Origin: Armatimonadota bacterium | GTDB taxonomy: Bacteria > Armatimonadota > UBA5829 | Length of the DNA: 50,316 nt | Reading direction: 5' to 3' | NCBI GenBank assembly: GCA_046719185.1 | Contig: JBDNDK010000001.1 | Coordinates: 1-50,316 of the forward strand | Shown: one piece after another, positions 1-8,980 of the stretch | Layout: each line of letters starts with the position of its first letter | Position numbering within the stretch: position 1 is the first letter of the stretch | Notes under the pieces: generated by a model | The model's database searches: none | What the model was told of the DNA's origin: nothing | What the model saw: only the letters and a program-made list of their open reading frames with translations | Position numbers and translations under genes: made by a program

Positions 1-803
1 TTTTCAATTTTGAGTTTTTTCCCATCTTGAGGAGCTGTTTTGTTTTCTAATTCATCATGATTGAATACAAATGGGAAATAAGTTGACTTTGCATTAGGAG
101 CAGGGAAGTAGTCAATAGTTAGGAATTCATCACTTGCACCATTTTTCAGAACTCTTCCTCCGGCAGATGCATCTAAGTAAAGAACATTGACTTCTAAATT
201 ATTCTTCAAACCTATTGTTTCTTCAGGTCTCCAAGATTTTCTTTCAAACATTATTATCTGGTTTTCAGGATATTTATAATCATTAATGCTTCTTGCTGAA
301 ACACCACCATGTTTTTCAGATAACCAAGCTCTTTCTACAGAATATCTCCACCAGAACAATGAAATCTTTGTTTTGTTAGAGTCTTTGGCTGGATCCAAAA
401 AATCTCTAATGTCCTTATTATAGTTTTTAATTTGGTACATGTTTTCTCTAATATTTTTATCATAGTCAGATAAACACATTGCCCATGTTTTAATAGAATC
501 ATTTTTCTTAGAAGGATAAGCTTTACAGAAATATGACATATATCTACCATCATAATCATCAGGATCACCATCATAATTAATTGCAGAGGTTGGCAGCATT
601 GAATCATAATCTTCTGTATATAACAATATTGCTTTTCCAAATATTCTTAGATGTTCTCCACCATTAGAGTAAAGGGCTGTTTCTCTTGCACTTTTGAAGA
701 GAGGCATTAAGATAATAATAGTTAGTAGTATCATTAGAGCTACCATTATTATCGCTATAGTAGAACAACAATTATTTGTTTTTGGATTATTACTTTCCCT
801 CAT
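1..803 (-). CDS. prepilin-like N-terminal-helix protein (DUF1559 / H-X9-DG-like), 3' end outside window
   Basis: Not in the ORF track because there is no stop in the window. ATG at 803-801 is preceded by GGAG. I checked every codon from 803 down to position 3 and found no stop. The N-terminus ...IAIIMVALMILLTIIILMPLFKSARETA resembles a pseudopilin hydrophobic helix plus the LLPALSRAREKA-type motif. The C-terminal part ...NVLYLDASAGGRVL resembles the H-X9-DG end. The track ORF 335..640 is another frame of this gene. Confidence 0.55.
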   Translation of the reverse strand, partial: MRESNNPKTNNCCSTIAIIMVALMILLTIIILMPLFKSARETALYSNGGEHLRIFGKAILLYTEDYDSMLPTSAINYDGDPDDYDGRYMSYFCKAYPSKKNDSIKTWAMCLSDYDKNIRENMYQIKNYNKDIRDFLDPAKDSNKTKISLFWWRYSVERAWLSEKHGGVSARSINDYKYPENQIIMFERKSWRPEETIGLKNNLEVNVLYLDASAGGRVLKNGASDEFLTIDYFPAPNAKSTYFPFVFNHDELENKTAPQDGKKLKIE

Positions 804-950
804 ATATAATCTCCATATAATGCATCAGATTCTATAATTCCTAGACTGTATTAATAAAAAGATGTTCCAGAAGAATACTTATATATCCTCTATAATTATT
901 ATAATATTCTTATGTATTTAATTATTGGATAGTATATATTAAAAAGCTTT

Positions 951-980
951 TTGCAGGTATATCATAGAGTGTTGTATAAT
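951..980 (+). promoter_or_regulatory. putative sigma70-type promoter of serA
   Basis: TTGCAG (951-956), an 18-nt spacer, then TATAAT (975-980), about 65 nt upstream of the serA ATG. Sequence pattern only. Confidence 0.35.
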
Positions 981-1045
981 TGGTAATTGTTATCAATGAA
1001 GATTTATAATACAGCTATGATGCTGGAAATATATGGAGGAATGAT

Positions 1046-2629
1046 ATGCCAAAGGTATTGGTTAGTGATAAACTTGCAAGTGATGGAATTGAAATTTTAA
1101 AGCAAGTTGCTGAAGTTGATGTGAAAACTGGTCTCTCAGAAGATGAATTATGCAGCATTATTGGTGAGTATGATGCTCTTGCTATAAGAAGTGGTACAAA
1201 AGTGACTGCTAAAGTTTTAGAATCTGCAAAGAATCTAAAAATTATTGGTAGAGCAGGGGTAGGGGTGGACAATGTAGATGTGCCTGTTGCTACAGAAAAA
1301 GGTGTCATAGTAGTAAACAGCCCAGGCGGAAATACTCTTGCTGCTGCTGAGCTCACAGTTGCTATGCTGTTATCTCTCACCAGAAACATACCTCAAGCCC
1401 ATATGTCTATGTGCAACAAACAATGGGAAAGAAGCAAATTTGTTGGCAATGAAGTATTCAAAAAAACTATAGGTATATTGGGTTTAGGAAAGATTGGTCA
1501 GGAAGTAGCAAAAAGATGCACTGCTTTTGGAATGAAAGTGTTAGCTTATGATCCATTTATTAGTTCAGAAATAGCTGAAAAGATGAGGGTAGAGCTTGTA
1601 GATTTTATTGACTGTATCAAAAACAGCGATTTCATAACTCTTCATCTTCCAAAGAATAAAGATACTGTAAATCTCATAACCCACAAACAGTTTGAAATGA
1701 TGAAAGATGGTGTAAAAATTATAAACTGTGCTAGAGGTGGGATTATTGATGAAGATGCATTAGTTGCTGCTATTAAAAGTGGGAAATGCTCAGGTGCTGC
1801 TATTGATGTATATCCAACTGAGCCGCCAGATTTTAGCTCTGAAATATTCACTCTTGAAAATGTTATCACTACTCCACATCTTGGTGCTTCCACTGAAGAA
1901 GCTCAAATTAATGTTGCTATAGATATTGCAGAACAAATTGTTGATGTATTCAAGGGATTAGCTCCAAGAAGTGCAGTTAATATGCCTGCTCTAGCTCCAG
2001 AAGTATTAGCTGCGGTTCAGCCATATTTGCCCCTTGCAGAAAGAATGTCATCTCTTGCAGTTCAATTGATTGAAGGCAGGCCGTGCAAAATAGAGATTAA
2101 ATATGCTGGTGAAATATCAAACATTGAATGTGGACCAATTTCAAGAGCTGTTTTGGTTGGTTTGTTAAAACCTGCATTAGGTGAGACTGTGAATCCAGTT
2201 AACGCTCCTGTGCTGGCAGAATCCAGAGGAATTGAAGTAGTGGAAAGCAAGACTGCTGAAAAAGGTGATTTTGCATCACTCCTATCTGTGAACATAAAGA
2301 CTGATAAAGGTGATAATGAGATAAGTGGAACTTTGTTTGGCACTAGAGAAATGAGAGTTGTAAGTATGGGGGGATATAAAATGGATATCTCACCAGAGGG
2401 TGTGATGCTAGTTGCACCACATCTAAACAAACCGGGCATCATTGGAAGAGTTGGTACACTGCTTGGTGGAGAAAATGTAAACATATCCCATATGTATGTT
2501 GGCTTAAAACCTGAATCAACTGAAAAAGCAATTATGATTTTGAGTGTAGATTCAGTTGTTCCTGAAAATGTGATGGAGCAAATATCACAGATAGATGGTA
2601 TAGAAAATGTTAAGCAGGTAAAACTATAA
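1046..2629 (+). CDS. serA: D-3-phosphoglycerate dehydrogenase (long form with ASB and ACT domains)
   Basis: 527 aa. GGAGGA RBS 6 nt upstream. NAD-binding GxGxxG (GILGLGKIGQEV), the catalytic ...NCARGG...D...TPHLGAST region, and a C-terminal ACT-like tail. Confidence 0.95.
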   Translation: MPKVLVSDKLASDGIEILKQVAEVDVKTGLSEDELCSIIGEYDALAIRSGTKVTAKVLESAKNLKIIGRAGVGVDNVDVPVATEKGVIVVNSPGGNTLAAAELTVAMLLSLTRNIPQAHMSMCNKQWERSKFVGNEVFKKTIGILGLGKIGQEVAKRCTAFGMKVLAYDPFISSEIAEKMRVELVDFIDCIKNSDFITLHLPKNKDTVNLITHKQFEMMKDGVKIINCARGGIIDEDALVAAIKSGKCSGAAIDVYPTEPPDFSSEIFTLENVITTPHLGASTEEAQINVAIDIAEQIVDVFKGLAPRSAVNMPALAPEVLAAVQPYLPLAERMSSLAVQLIEGRPCKIEIKYAGEISNIECGPISRAVLVGLLKPALGETVNPVNAPVLAESRGIEVVESKTAEKGDFASLLSVNIKTDKGDNEISGTLFGTREMRVVSMGGYKMDISPEGVMLVAPHLNKPGIIGRVGTLLGGENVNISHMYVGLKPESTEKAIMILSVDSVVPENVMEQISQIDGIENVKQVKL

Positions 2630-2658
2630 TATAAATTATATAAATAATAAACTATAGA

Positions 2659-2689
2659 ACCCGTCCATATCAAAAGGACGGGTCTTTTT
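2659..2689 (+). terminator. rho-independent terminator after serA
   Basis: 8-bp GC-rich stem ACCCGTCC (2659-2666) / GGACGGGT (2676-2683), a 9-nt loop, then CTTTTT. Confidence 0.8.
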
Positions 2690-2724
2690 AATGACTAATA
2701 ATCCATTATATACGGTATAAAATT

Positions 2725-3948
2725 ATGTTTTTAGAGAAAAAAGTTCCATTAGAAGCTAGAGAAAACTATAGATACGACAGTTGGAGTGGAATGTTAGGCT
2801 CTGTATCTATAGCATTTGTTGGTCCTTTTGCAGCTGTTATTGCAAGAGAGCAATTAAAAGCAAGTGCATTTGAAATTGGCCTTCTCACTGCTGCACCAGT
2901 AATTGGCAGTCTATTATCTATTTTCTGGGCTCAAATTATGATAGGAAAAAGAAAACTACCTTTTGTAGTTGTTCCTATTGTGCTTTGTAGAATATTTCTA
3001 CTCCTAGTTATTTTGTCTTATTCCTCATTTTCATTTGTGATGTTTATATCATTATTTTTCTTTGTTGCATCTGTTTCAGGTCCTGCATATTCCAGAGTGA
3101 TGAAAGGCATATACCCTGATAGCGATAGAGCAAGAATAATGTCTTATGTAAGACAAAATGTATTAATTGTAATCATAATTTTTACTGCATTTGCTGGCAA
3201 GCTTTTGCAAATTGTTTCATATAGATATGTATTTCCAATTGCTGGCATAATTGGTATGTTGGCTGCTTATACATTTAACAAGCTCAAAATGGAAGAAAAT
3301 GTTAATGAAGATAATATTTCAGGCAAAAAAACTAATTCATTAAACTATTTAATTGATACATTAAAAATACTAAAATATGACAAAGCATACAGGTGGTTCA
3401 CAATAGCAATGTTTGTATTTGGGATGGGCAATTTCATTGCAGCACCTGTTTTTTCAATATACCAAGTTGATGTTTTAGGTGTGGATACCAGATGGGCAAG
3501 CTATTATACCGTGATTACTCAAATTATTTCATTGTTTTTATTTCCATATTGGGGAAGCCGTATTGACAAAAAATCACCTATTAAAACTTTTTCTGTGTGT
3601 GTTCTTTTTTGGTGTTTGATTCCATTAAACTATTATTTCTCTATAAGTCCTGCAACACTCATACCTTCTGCAGTTATATCTGGAGCTTTGCTGCCGGCTT
3701 TAGAACTAATTTTTATTTCTTCAGTTCTTCATTATGCACCAACAAATAAGATTGTCCAGTATCAGGCAATATTCAGCACCGCACTAGGTATTAGAGGAAG
3801 CATAGGACCATTCATAGGAGCAGCTCTTCTTCAGTCTAACTTACTATCAATGAAAGGAATATTTATACTTGTAACACTAATATTCCTATCAAGCTTCTTT
3901 ATATTTGTGTATATCATCAAAAGATTTGAAAAGAATGCAACTTTATAA
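2725..3948 (+). CDS. MFS-type transporter
   Basis: 407 aa and almost entirely hydrophobic, with about 12 predicted helices split by a central charged loop (KLKMEENVNEDNISGKK). Typical MFS layout. Confidence 0.75.
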   Translation: MFLEKKVPLEARENYRYDSWSGMLGSVSIAFVGPFAAVIAREQLKASAFEIGLLTAAPVIGSLLSIFWAQIMIGKRKLPFVVVPIVLCRIFLLLVILSYSSFSFVMFISLFFFVASVSGPAYSRVMKGIYPDSDRARIMSYVRQNVLIVIIIFTAFAGKLLQIVSYRYVFPIAGIIGMLAAYTFNKLKMEENVNEDNISGKKTNSLNYLIDTLKILKYDKAYRWFTIAMFVFGMGNFIAAPVFSIYQVDVLGVDTRWASYYTVITQIISLFLFPYWGSRIDKKSPIKTFSVCVLFWCLIPLNYYFSISPATLIPSAVISGALLPALELIFISSVLHYAPTNKIVQYQAIFSTALGIRGSIGPFIGAALLQSNLLSMKGIFILVTLIFLSSFFIFVYIIKRFEKNATL

Positions 3949-3966
3949 AAGTATGCTAAATAGAAT

Positions 3967-4944
3967 CTAAACTTTTATAAGGTCTATTTTATCTGGGTTA
4001 TTAGTGCCGACTCCTCTTTCATTGGCAGAATCTAGCCAAGCTAGTTTTTTTGCAGGAATTGCATCTAATCCATTTTCTTTTCTTTTATTTTGAATTATTT
4101 GAATGCCTTCATAATCAGCTGCAAGAGGGTCTTGAGAGACAATTAGACTATAATAATCAAATTGTGAATCTGCTTTCAAACCTGGACCTCCGTCATATTG
4201 AGGTCTTACAGCATCAATAACTACCAATCTTGTTTTGTTTTTCACTATAGGGATAGCATTGAAATCAGCTATCATAGGATTGCAGTGGTTAGCATGATGA
4301 GATGATGGATTATCCATTGAGCCATAATGATTTTTAAGGCAGATCGATACTCCTGCATTAGAGTGAGTTTTCAAAATAGGAACATTAATAATTGCAGTGC
4401 ATTTACTTTCAATAAACTTTGTTATTCTGCCCTTGAATGAACCTTGTTCTATTTCAGAACCCCAATCACCATCATCTGCATAACATTGCACACCTATTCC
4501 ATCTCTTTTAGGTTTGAAGCCAGATTTTATGAGTTCACTGGTGTTTCTATCCCATATAATAATATTTTCTGGCTTTACACCACTTGCTTGCAAAGCTTCA
4601 GCTACTGCATAAGCAACCTCTGGATGAGTGCTTACTCCAACTCCAAACAATGCATTAACCTTTATTCCTATAACATCATCTGGTCCAAAAATCTTTTGCC
4701 AAGCTTCTTTTGATGTTTTTGTTTTCATCAGCTTTGCAATACTTTTATCCAGCATCTCCTTTGCAACAGCTTGGTTTACTTGATTGTTCCTAGAAATAAT
4801 ATTTTTGTCTGTAACAATCACAACTCTTGATTTATTATTAAGTGATTTATCTTCAAATGCTGCATTTGCTAATTTAGGAAATTTAAGAGCAGCACCAGCA
4901 AAAGCAACCTGTTTTAGAAATTCTCTTCTTGTTGTTTTAACCAT
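3967..4944 (-). CDS. DUF362 domain protein with twin-arginine (Tat) signal
   Basis: DUF362-like blocks are present (GIKVN..., INVPILKTHSNAGVSICLKNHYG). The signal is MVKTTRREFLKQVAFAGAALKFPKLANA. The track start (4965) is a TTG. The ATG at 4944 has GGAGA 9 nt upstream, so I prefer it. Confidence 0.8.
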   Translation of the reverse strand: MVKTTRREFLKQVAFAGAALKFPKLANAAFEDKSLNNKSRVVIVTDKNIISRNNQVNQAVAKEMLDKSIAKLMKTKTSKEAWQKIFGPDDVIGIKVNALFGVGVSTHPEVAYAVAEALQASGVKPENIIIWDRNTSELIKSGFKPKRDGIGVQCYADDGDWGSEIEQGSFKGRITKFIESKCTAIINVPILKTHSNAGVSICLKNHYGSMDNPSSHHANHCNPMIADFNAIPIVKNKTRLVVIDAVRPQYDGGPGLKADSQFDYYSLIVSQDPLAADYEGIQIIQNKRKENGLDAIPAKKLAWLDSANERGVGTNNPDKIDLIKV

Positions 4945-4961
4945 AGCAATATATCTCCATG

Positions 4962-5630
4962 TCAAAGGTTTTCAAAGCTAAAGCTTAATATTTCAATATC
5001 TTTTGCCATAAATGCAAGCAAAGCATCCTCATCATAATCATTTGCCGGGTTGATTTTTAGTCTAATATTTTTTAAGTTGTCAGATAGATTTTGAGTTTCT
5101 AATACATGCACACTTGCTCCAAATTCCGGAATAATGCTGATTAAATTATATAATGACTTCGATTTCTTATCAATTGTAATATTTAATATCTTTTCTGGTT
5201 TTTTTATTTCTATCCATTTTTCTATGATAGCAACCAGCTTAAGATTAAAAAATATTAAAATGCTTGCTATCATGGCAAGAATGATAAAATTTCCTCCAAT
5301 TCCAACACAAAGACCGATAGCTGCTACTCCCCATATACTTGCAGCAGTGGTCAGACCTCTTACCATACTTCCTTGTCTTAATATTGTTCCAGCACCAAGA
5401 AATCCAATGCCTGTAACTATTTGTGCAGAAATCCTAGCAGGATCTGAGTCTGGAGATATATTTAATGAGGCAATAGTAAAAAGAGTAGCACCAAGACATA
5501 CTATTATGTGGGTTCTAAGACCGGCAGGCCTACCTTGTGACTCCCTCTCAAAACCAACTAATCCACCTAAAAGAGAAGATACTAGAAGTTTTATTATAGA
5601 TTCAATTAAGAATTGATTATTCATAATCAC
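4962..5630 (-). CDS. MgtC/SapB family membrane protein
   Basis: 222 aa. The signature LLGGLVGFERESQGRPAGLRTHIIVCLGATLFT is followed by a soluble ACT-like C-terminal domain. The start is either GTG 5630 or ATG 5624. Confidence 0.85.
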   Translation of the reverse strand: MIMNNQFLIESIIKLLVSSLLGGLVGFERESQGRPAGLRTHIIVCLGATLFTIASLNISPDSDPARISAQIVTGIGFLGAGTILRQGSMVRGLTTAASIWGVAAIGLCVGIGGNFIILAMIASILIFFNLKLVAIIEKWIEIKKPEKILNITIDKKSKSLYNLISIIPEFGASVHVLETQNLSDNLKNIRLKINPANDYDEDALLAFMAKDIEILSFSFENL

Positions 5631-5649
5631 TCTGCTGATTTATATTATG

Positions 5650-7407
5650 TTAGTTACTATTAGATATCTTACTTGCAGCTTGAGCTTTTACCTCTAAATC
5701 ATTATACATTGCATCTCTAATTTTTAATATTTTTTCAGATAAGTCATCAATTGATACTTCTGATTTTTCACCAGTTGCTCTGATTTTTAATTCAACTTTT
5801 CCTTCTGATGCTAATCTTCCACAAACTACTTGGATAGGTGAGCCAATCAAATCAGCATCTTTGAACTTTACACCTGGCCTTTCATTCCTGTCATCAATAA
5901 GAACATCCACTTTTGCAAACTTCATTTCTTCATACACTCTAGTTGCAACCTCACATTGCTTTTCATCATCAGGATTAACCAAAACAATATGCACTTCAAA
6001 AGGTGCAACACTAATAGGCCAGATTATACCATCTTTATCATGGCTTACTTCTGGAATAACTGCTAGTATTCTGCTTACTCCAATTCCATAACAACCCATA
6101 TAATAATTTTTTTCTTTTCCATCATCATCTAAAAAGCTTGCATCCATTCCTTCTGAATAGATTTTGCCAAGCTTAAAAATATGACCAATCTCAATACCTC
6201 TGACTAAATCAAAAACACCAGTATCACATTCAGGACACCTATCTCCTTTGCAAGCATTTCTAATATCAGCATATTCATCAATTTTAAAATCTCTATCAAT
6301 GCAAGCATTTATGTAGTGTGCATCAGTCTTATTTCCACCTACAACTACATTACATAATTTTTTTACTTCGTTATCTGCAACTATTTTAGCCCCGTCTAGT
6401 CCAATAGGACCGGCAAAACCAACATCAGCACCAGTTAGCTTTACGATTGTTTCAGGATCAGCCATTTCTAGCCCTTTTATATCAAGTGCTCTTGATAGTT
6501 TTGCTTCATTTAGTTCTCTGTCACCTCTAATTAAAGCAGCAATTATTGTATCATCAGCTTTATAGATAAGGGTTTTAACAAGTTTGTCTGGAGTAACATT
6601 AAGCATCTTACTTACTTGTTCAATAGTTTTAGCATTAGGTGTATCAACAAGCTGTAAATCTTTCATTTCTTCAATGTTTTCAAGTAAAGTGTCTTCTCCA
6701 ATCTCACACTTTTCCATATTTGCTGCATATCCGCATTTATCACATACAAGCACCATATCTTCACCAGCATCTGTGATGACCATATACTCTTGGCTTGCTT
6801 TGCCTCCAATAGCTCCGGAGTCAGCATCTACTACTAATGCATCCATTCCGCATCTCGCAAATGCTCTTGAAAATGCTGAATACATAGCTTTATATGAAGA
6901 ATCTAAATCTTCAGGTGTTCTATCAAAACTATAGGAATCAAGCATTATAAACTCTCTTCCTCTAACCACTCCACCTCTTGGTCTTGCCTCATCTCTGCCT
7001 TTTGTTTGTATCTGATAAAGGTTAAGAGGCAGTTGATTATAAGATTTAACATCTCTTCTAACTATATCAGTTACTATTTCTTCATGTGTAAATCCGATTG
7101 AATAATCTCTATTATTTCTATCTTTTAATCTAAATAGAACATCTAAATCCCATCTGCCTGTTTCCTGATAGAGATTAGCAGGCACTATTGCAGGCATTAA
7201 AATTTCCTGTCCACCATGGTTATCCATTTCTTCTCTTAGGATGTTTTCAATTTTTCTTAGTGTTTTATATCCAAGTGGAAGATAATTATATATTCCTGCT
7301 GCTACTTTTCTTATAAACCCTGCTCTTAATAGTAGTTTATGACTTATCATTTCCGCTTCAGCAGGAACTTCTCTTAATGTTGGGAAAAACAATTGTGAAG
7401 CTCTCAT
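5650..7407 (-). CDS. proS: prolyl-tRNA synthetase (bacterial type with INS editing domain)
   Basis: 585 aa. MRASQLFFPTLREVPAEAE..., class II motifs, a central insertion domain and a C-terminal anticodon-binding domain. GAGAGG RBS. Confidence 0.97.
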   Translation of the reverse strand: MRASQLFFPTLREVPAEAEMISHKLLLRAGFIRKVAAGIYNYLPLGYKTLRKIENILREEMDNHGGQEILMPAIVPANLYQETGRWDLDVLFRLKDRNNRDYSIGFTHEEIVTDIVRRDVKSYNQLPLNLYQIQTKGRDEARPRGGVVRGREFIMLDSYSFDRTPEDLDSSYKAMYSAFSRAFARCGMDALVVDADSGAIGGKASQEYMVITDAGEDMVLVCDKCGYAANMEKCEIGEDTLLENIEEMKDLQLVDTPNAKTIEQVSKMLNVTPDKLVKTLIYKADDTIIAALIRGDRELNEAKLSRALDIKGLEMADPETIVKLTGADVGFAGPIGLDGAKIVADNEVKKLCNVVVGGNKTDAHYINACIDRDFKIDEYADIRNACKGDRCPECDTGVFDLVRGIEIGHIFKLGKIYSEGMDASFLDDDGKEKNYYMGCYGIGVSRILAVIPEVSHDKDGIIWPISVAPFEVHIVLVNPDDEKQCEVATRVYEEMKFAKVDVLIDDRNERPGVKFKDADLIGSPIQVVCGRLASEGKVELKIRATGEKSEVSIDDLSEKILKIRDAMYNDLEVKAQAASKISNSN

Positions 7408-7431
7408 AATACCTCTCTATTCAACTAATAT

Positions 7432-7929
7432 TTACAACACTGATCCAGGTGGTCTTAATATCAAATCAGCTTCTTTACCAGTTAAACTTAGCAGCAAAGC
7501 CTCTTCACCACAATCAGGGTATTTAGGACAGTTTATACACTCTGACCACACCTTATGAGGCAGGTCATCTCTATTTATTTTAGAAAATCCAAGATTCAAA
7601 AAGAAAGAAGGTCTATATGTGAGTGCAAACACTTTTTCGACTCCAAGTTCCTTTGCTTCTTTCAAACATGCAAGAACAAGTTCTTTTCCATAACCTTTGC
7701 CTTGCATACTTGAATCAACTGCAAGACTTTTTACTTCAGCCAAATCAGCCCAGCTAACATGAAGAGCACAACAGCCAACCACTTTTCCATCTTCTTCTGC
7801 TACAAAAAAATCTCTTATACCTTCATATATAGCATTCAATGATCTAGGCAGCATTTCTCCTGCATCAGCAAAGCTGTTGATCAATCTATGAATTGCAGGC
7901 ACATCATCAATTTTAGCTTTTCTTATCAA
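7432..7929 (-). CDS. GNAT N-acetyltransferase, ArgA C-terminal-domain-like (short form), with a C-terminal Cys motif
   Basis: IRKAKIDDVPAIHRLI...VGCCALHV...LAVDSSMQGKGYGKEL matches the GNAT A/B motifs and the NAT domain of ArgA. The tail is WSECINCPKYPDC. The track start TTG 7953 lacks an RBS. TTG 7929 has GGAG 10 nt upstream. Either start overlaps the ispG 3' end. Confidence 0.75.
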   Translation of the reverse strand: MIRKAKIDDVPAIHRLINSFADAGEMLPRSLNAIYEGIRDFFVAEEDGKVVGCCALHVSWADLAEVKSLAVDSSMQGKGYGKELVLACLKEAKELGVEKVFALTYRPSFFLNLGFSKINRDDLPHKVWSECINCPKYPDCGEEALLLSLTGKEADLILRPPGSVL

Positions 7930-8980
7930 TCTGAATTTTCTCCACTTCTGCAATCAATTCATCTATCAATTCATTACTTTTAACTTTTTTCAGTGGTTCA
8001 CCATTAGAGAATAATATTCCATATTCATTAGTTCCAGATATTCCAACATCAGCCATCTGTGCTTCACCAGGACCGTTCACAACACAACCCATAACAGCAA
8101 CAGATATAGGCTTAATGATATTCATCTTTTCTAATCTATTTTTTACTTCATTAGAAATAGATTCAATGTCAATTGTAGTTCTCCCACAAGTAGGGCATGA
8201 AATTATAGTAAACTTTTTCTCTTTAAGACCTAATGAGTTTAGAATTTCGATTCCAATTTTTACCTCTTCAACTGGATCACCAGTTAATGATACTCTTATT
8301 GTATCACCAATTCCCTGAGCCAAAAGAGCTCCAATTCCAACTGAGCTTCTTATAGTACCTTCCCAAGGCAATCCGGATTCAGTTACTCCCAAATGCAATG
8401 GATATTCGCATCTATTTGCTACCATTTGATATGCATCTATCATCATAGGCACATCAAATGTTTTTAATGACAAAACTATATCAGTAAACCCAGCTTTTTC
8501 AAGTGTTTCTGCTTCATCAAGGGCAGAGTGTACTAATGCCTCAGCAGATGGTTTGCCATATTTTTTCTTATCAATCGAACCAGCATTCACGCCAATTCTT
8601 ATTGGGACATTATAATCTTTTGCTGCTTTTGCTACCTCTATGACCTTGTTTTCAGAACCAATATTGCCCGGATTTATTCTAAGTTTGTCAACACCTGATT
8701 TTAGGCTCTCTATTGCTAGTTTATAATCAAAATGAATATCTGCAACTAATGGAATTTTTATAGCTTTTTTAATTTTCTTTATTGCTTTTGCTGATTCCAT
8801 ATCTGGAACTGCAACTCTTGCTATATCACATCCTGTCATTTCAAAAGCTTTTAATTGAGATATAGTTGATTCAACATTTTGGGTTTTGGTATTTGTCATA
8901 GATTGCACTGAAATAGGTGAGTTTCCACCAATTCCAATATTTCCAGCAAATACTTTTTTTGTGATTCTTCTTTCAATCAT
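7913..8980 (-). CDS. ispG: 4-hydroxy-3-methylbut-2-en-1-yl diphosphate synthase
   Basis: 355 aa. GGNSPISVQSMTNT..., and a C-terminal CPTCGRT...MGCVVNGPGE Fe-S motif. Its ATG directly abuts the rseP stop. Confidence 0.95.
   Translation of the reverse strand: MIERRITKKVFAGNIGIGGNSPISVQSMTNTKTQNVESTISQLKAFEMTGCDIARVAVPDMESAKAIKKIKKAIKIPLVADIHFDYKLAIESLKSGVDKLRINPGNIGSENKVIEVAKAAKDYNVPIRIGVNAGSIDKKKYGKPSAEALVHSALDEAETLEKAGFTDIVLSLKTFDVPMMIDAYQMVANRCEYPLHLGVTESGLPWEGTIRSSVGIGALLAQGIGDTIRVSLTGDPVEEVKIGIEILNSLGLKEKKFTIISCPTCGRTTIDIESISNEVKNRLEKMNIIKPISVAVMGCVVNGPGEAQMADVGISGTNEYGILFSNGEPLKKVKSNELIDELIAEVEKIQIDKKS

Noticed and set aside
335-640. Track ORF (101 aa, minus) as a gene
   Set aside because: It is a different frame of the same strand as the edge-truncated prepilin-like ORF (<1..803). 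That ORF is open over all 267 codons, has an RBS and has a recognisable N-terminus. The 101-aa product is low-complexity with no features.
7913-7953. 41-nt ispG/GNAT overlap as a sign of a frameshift or fusion
   Set aside because: The long start is a TTG without an RBS. An internal TTG at 7929 with GGAG at 10 nt gives a normal GNAT N-terminus (MIRKAKIDD...) and a modest 17-nt overlap.
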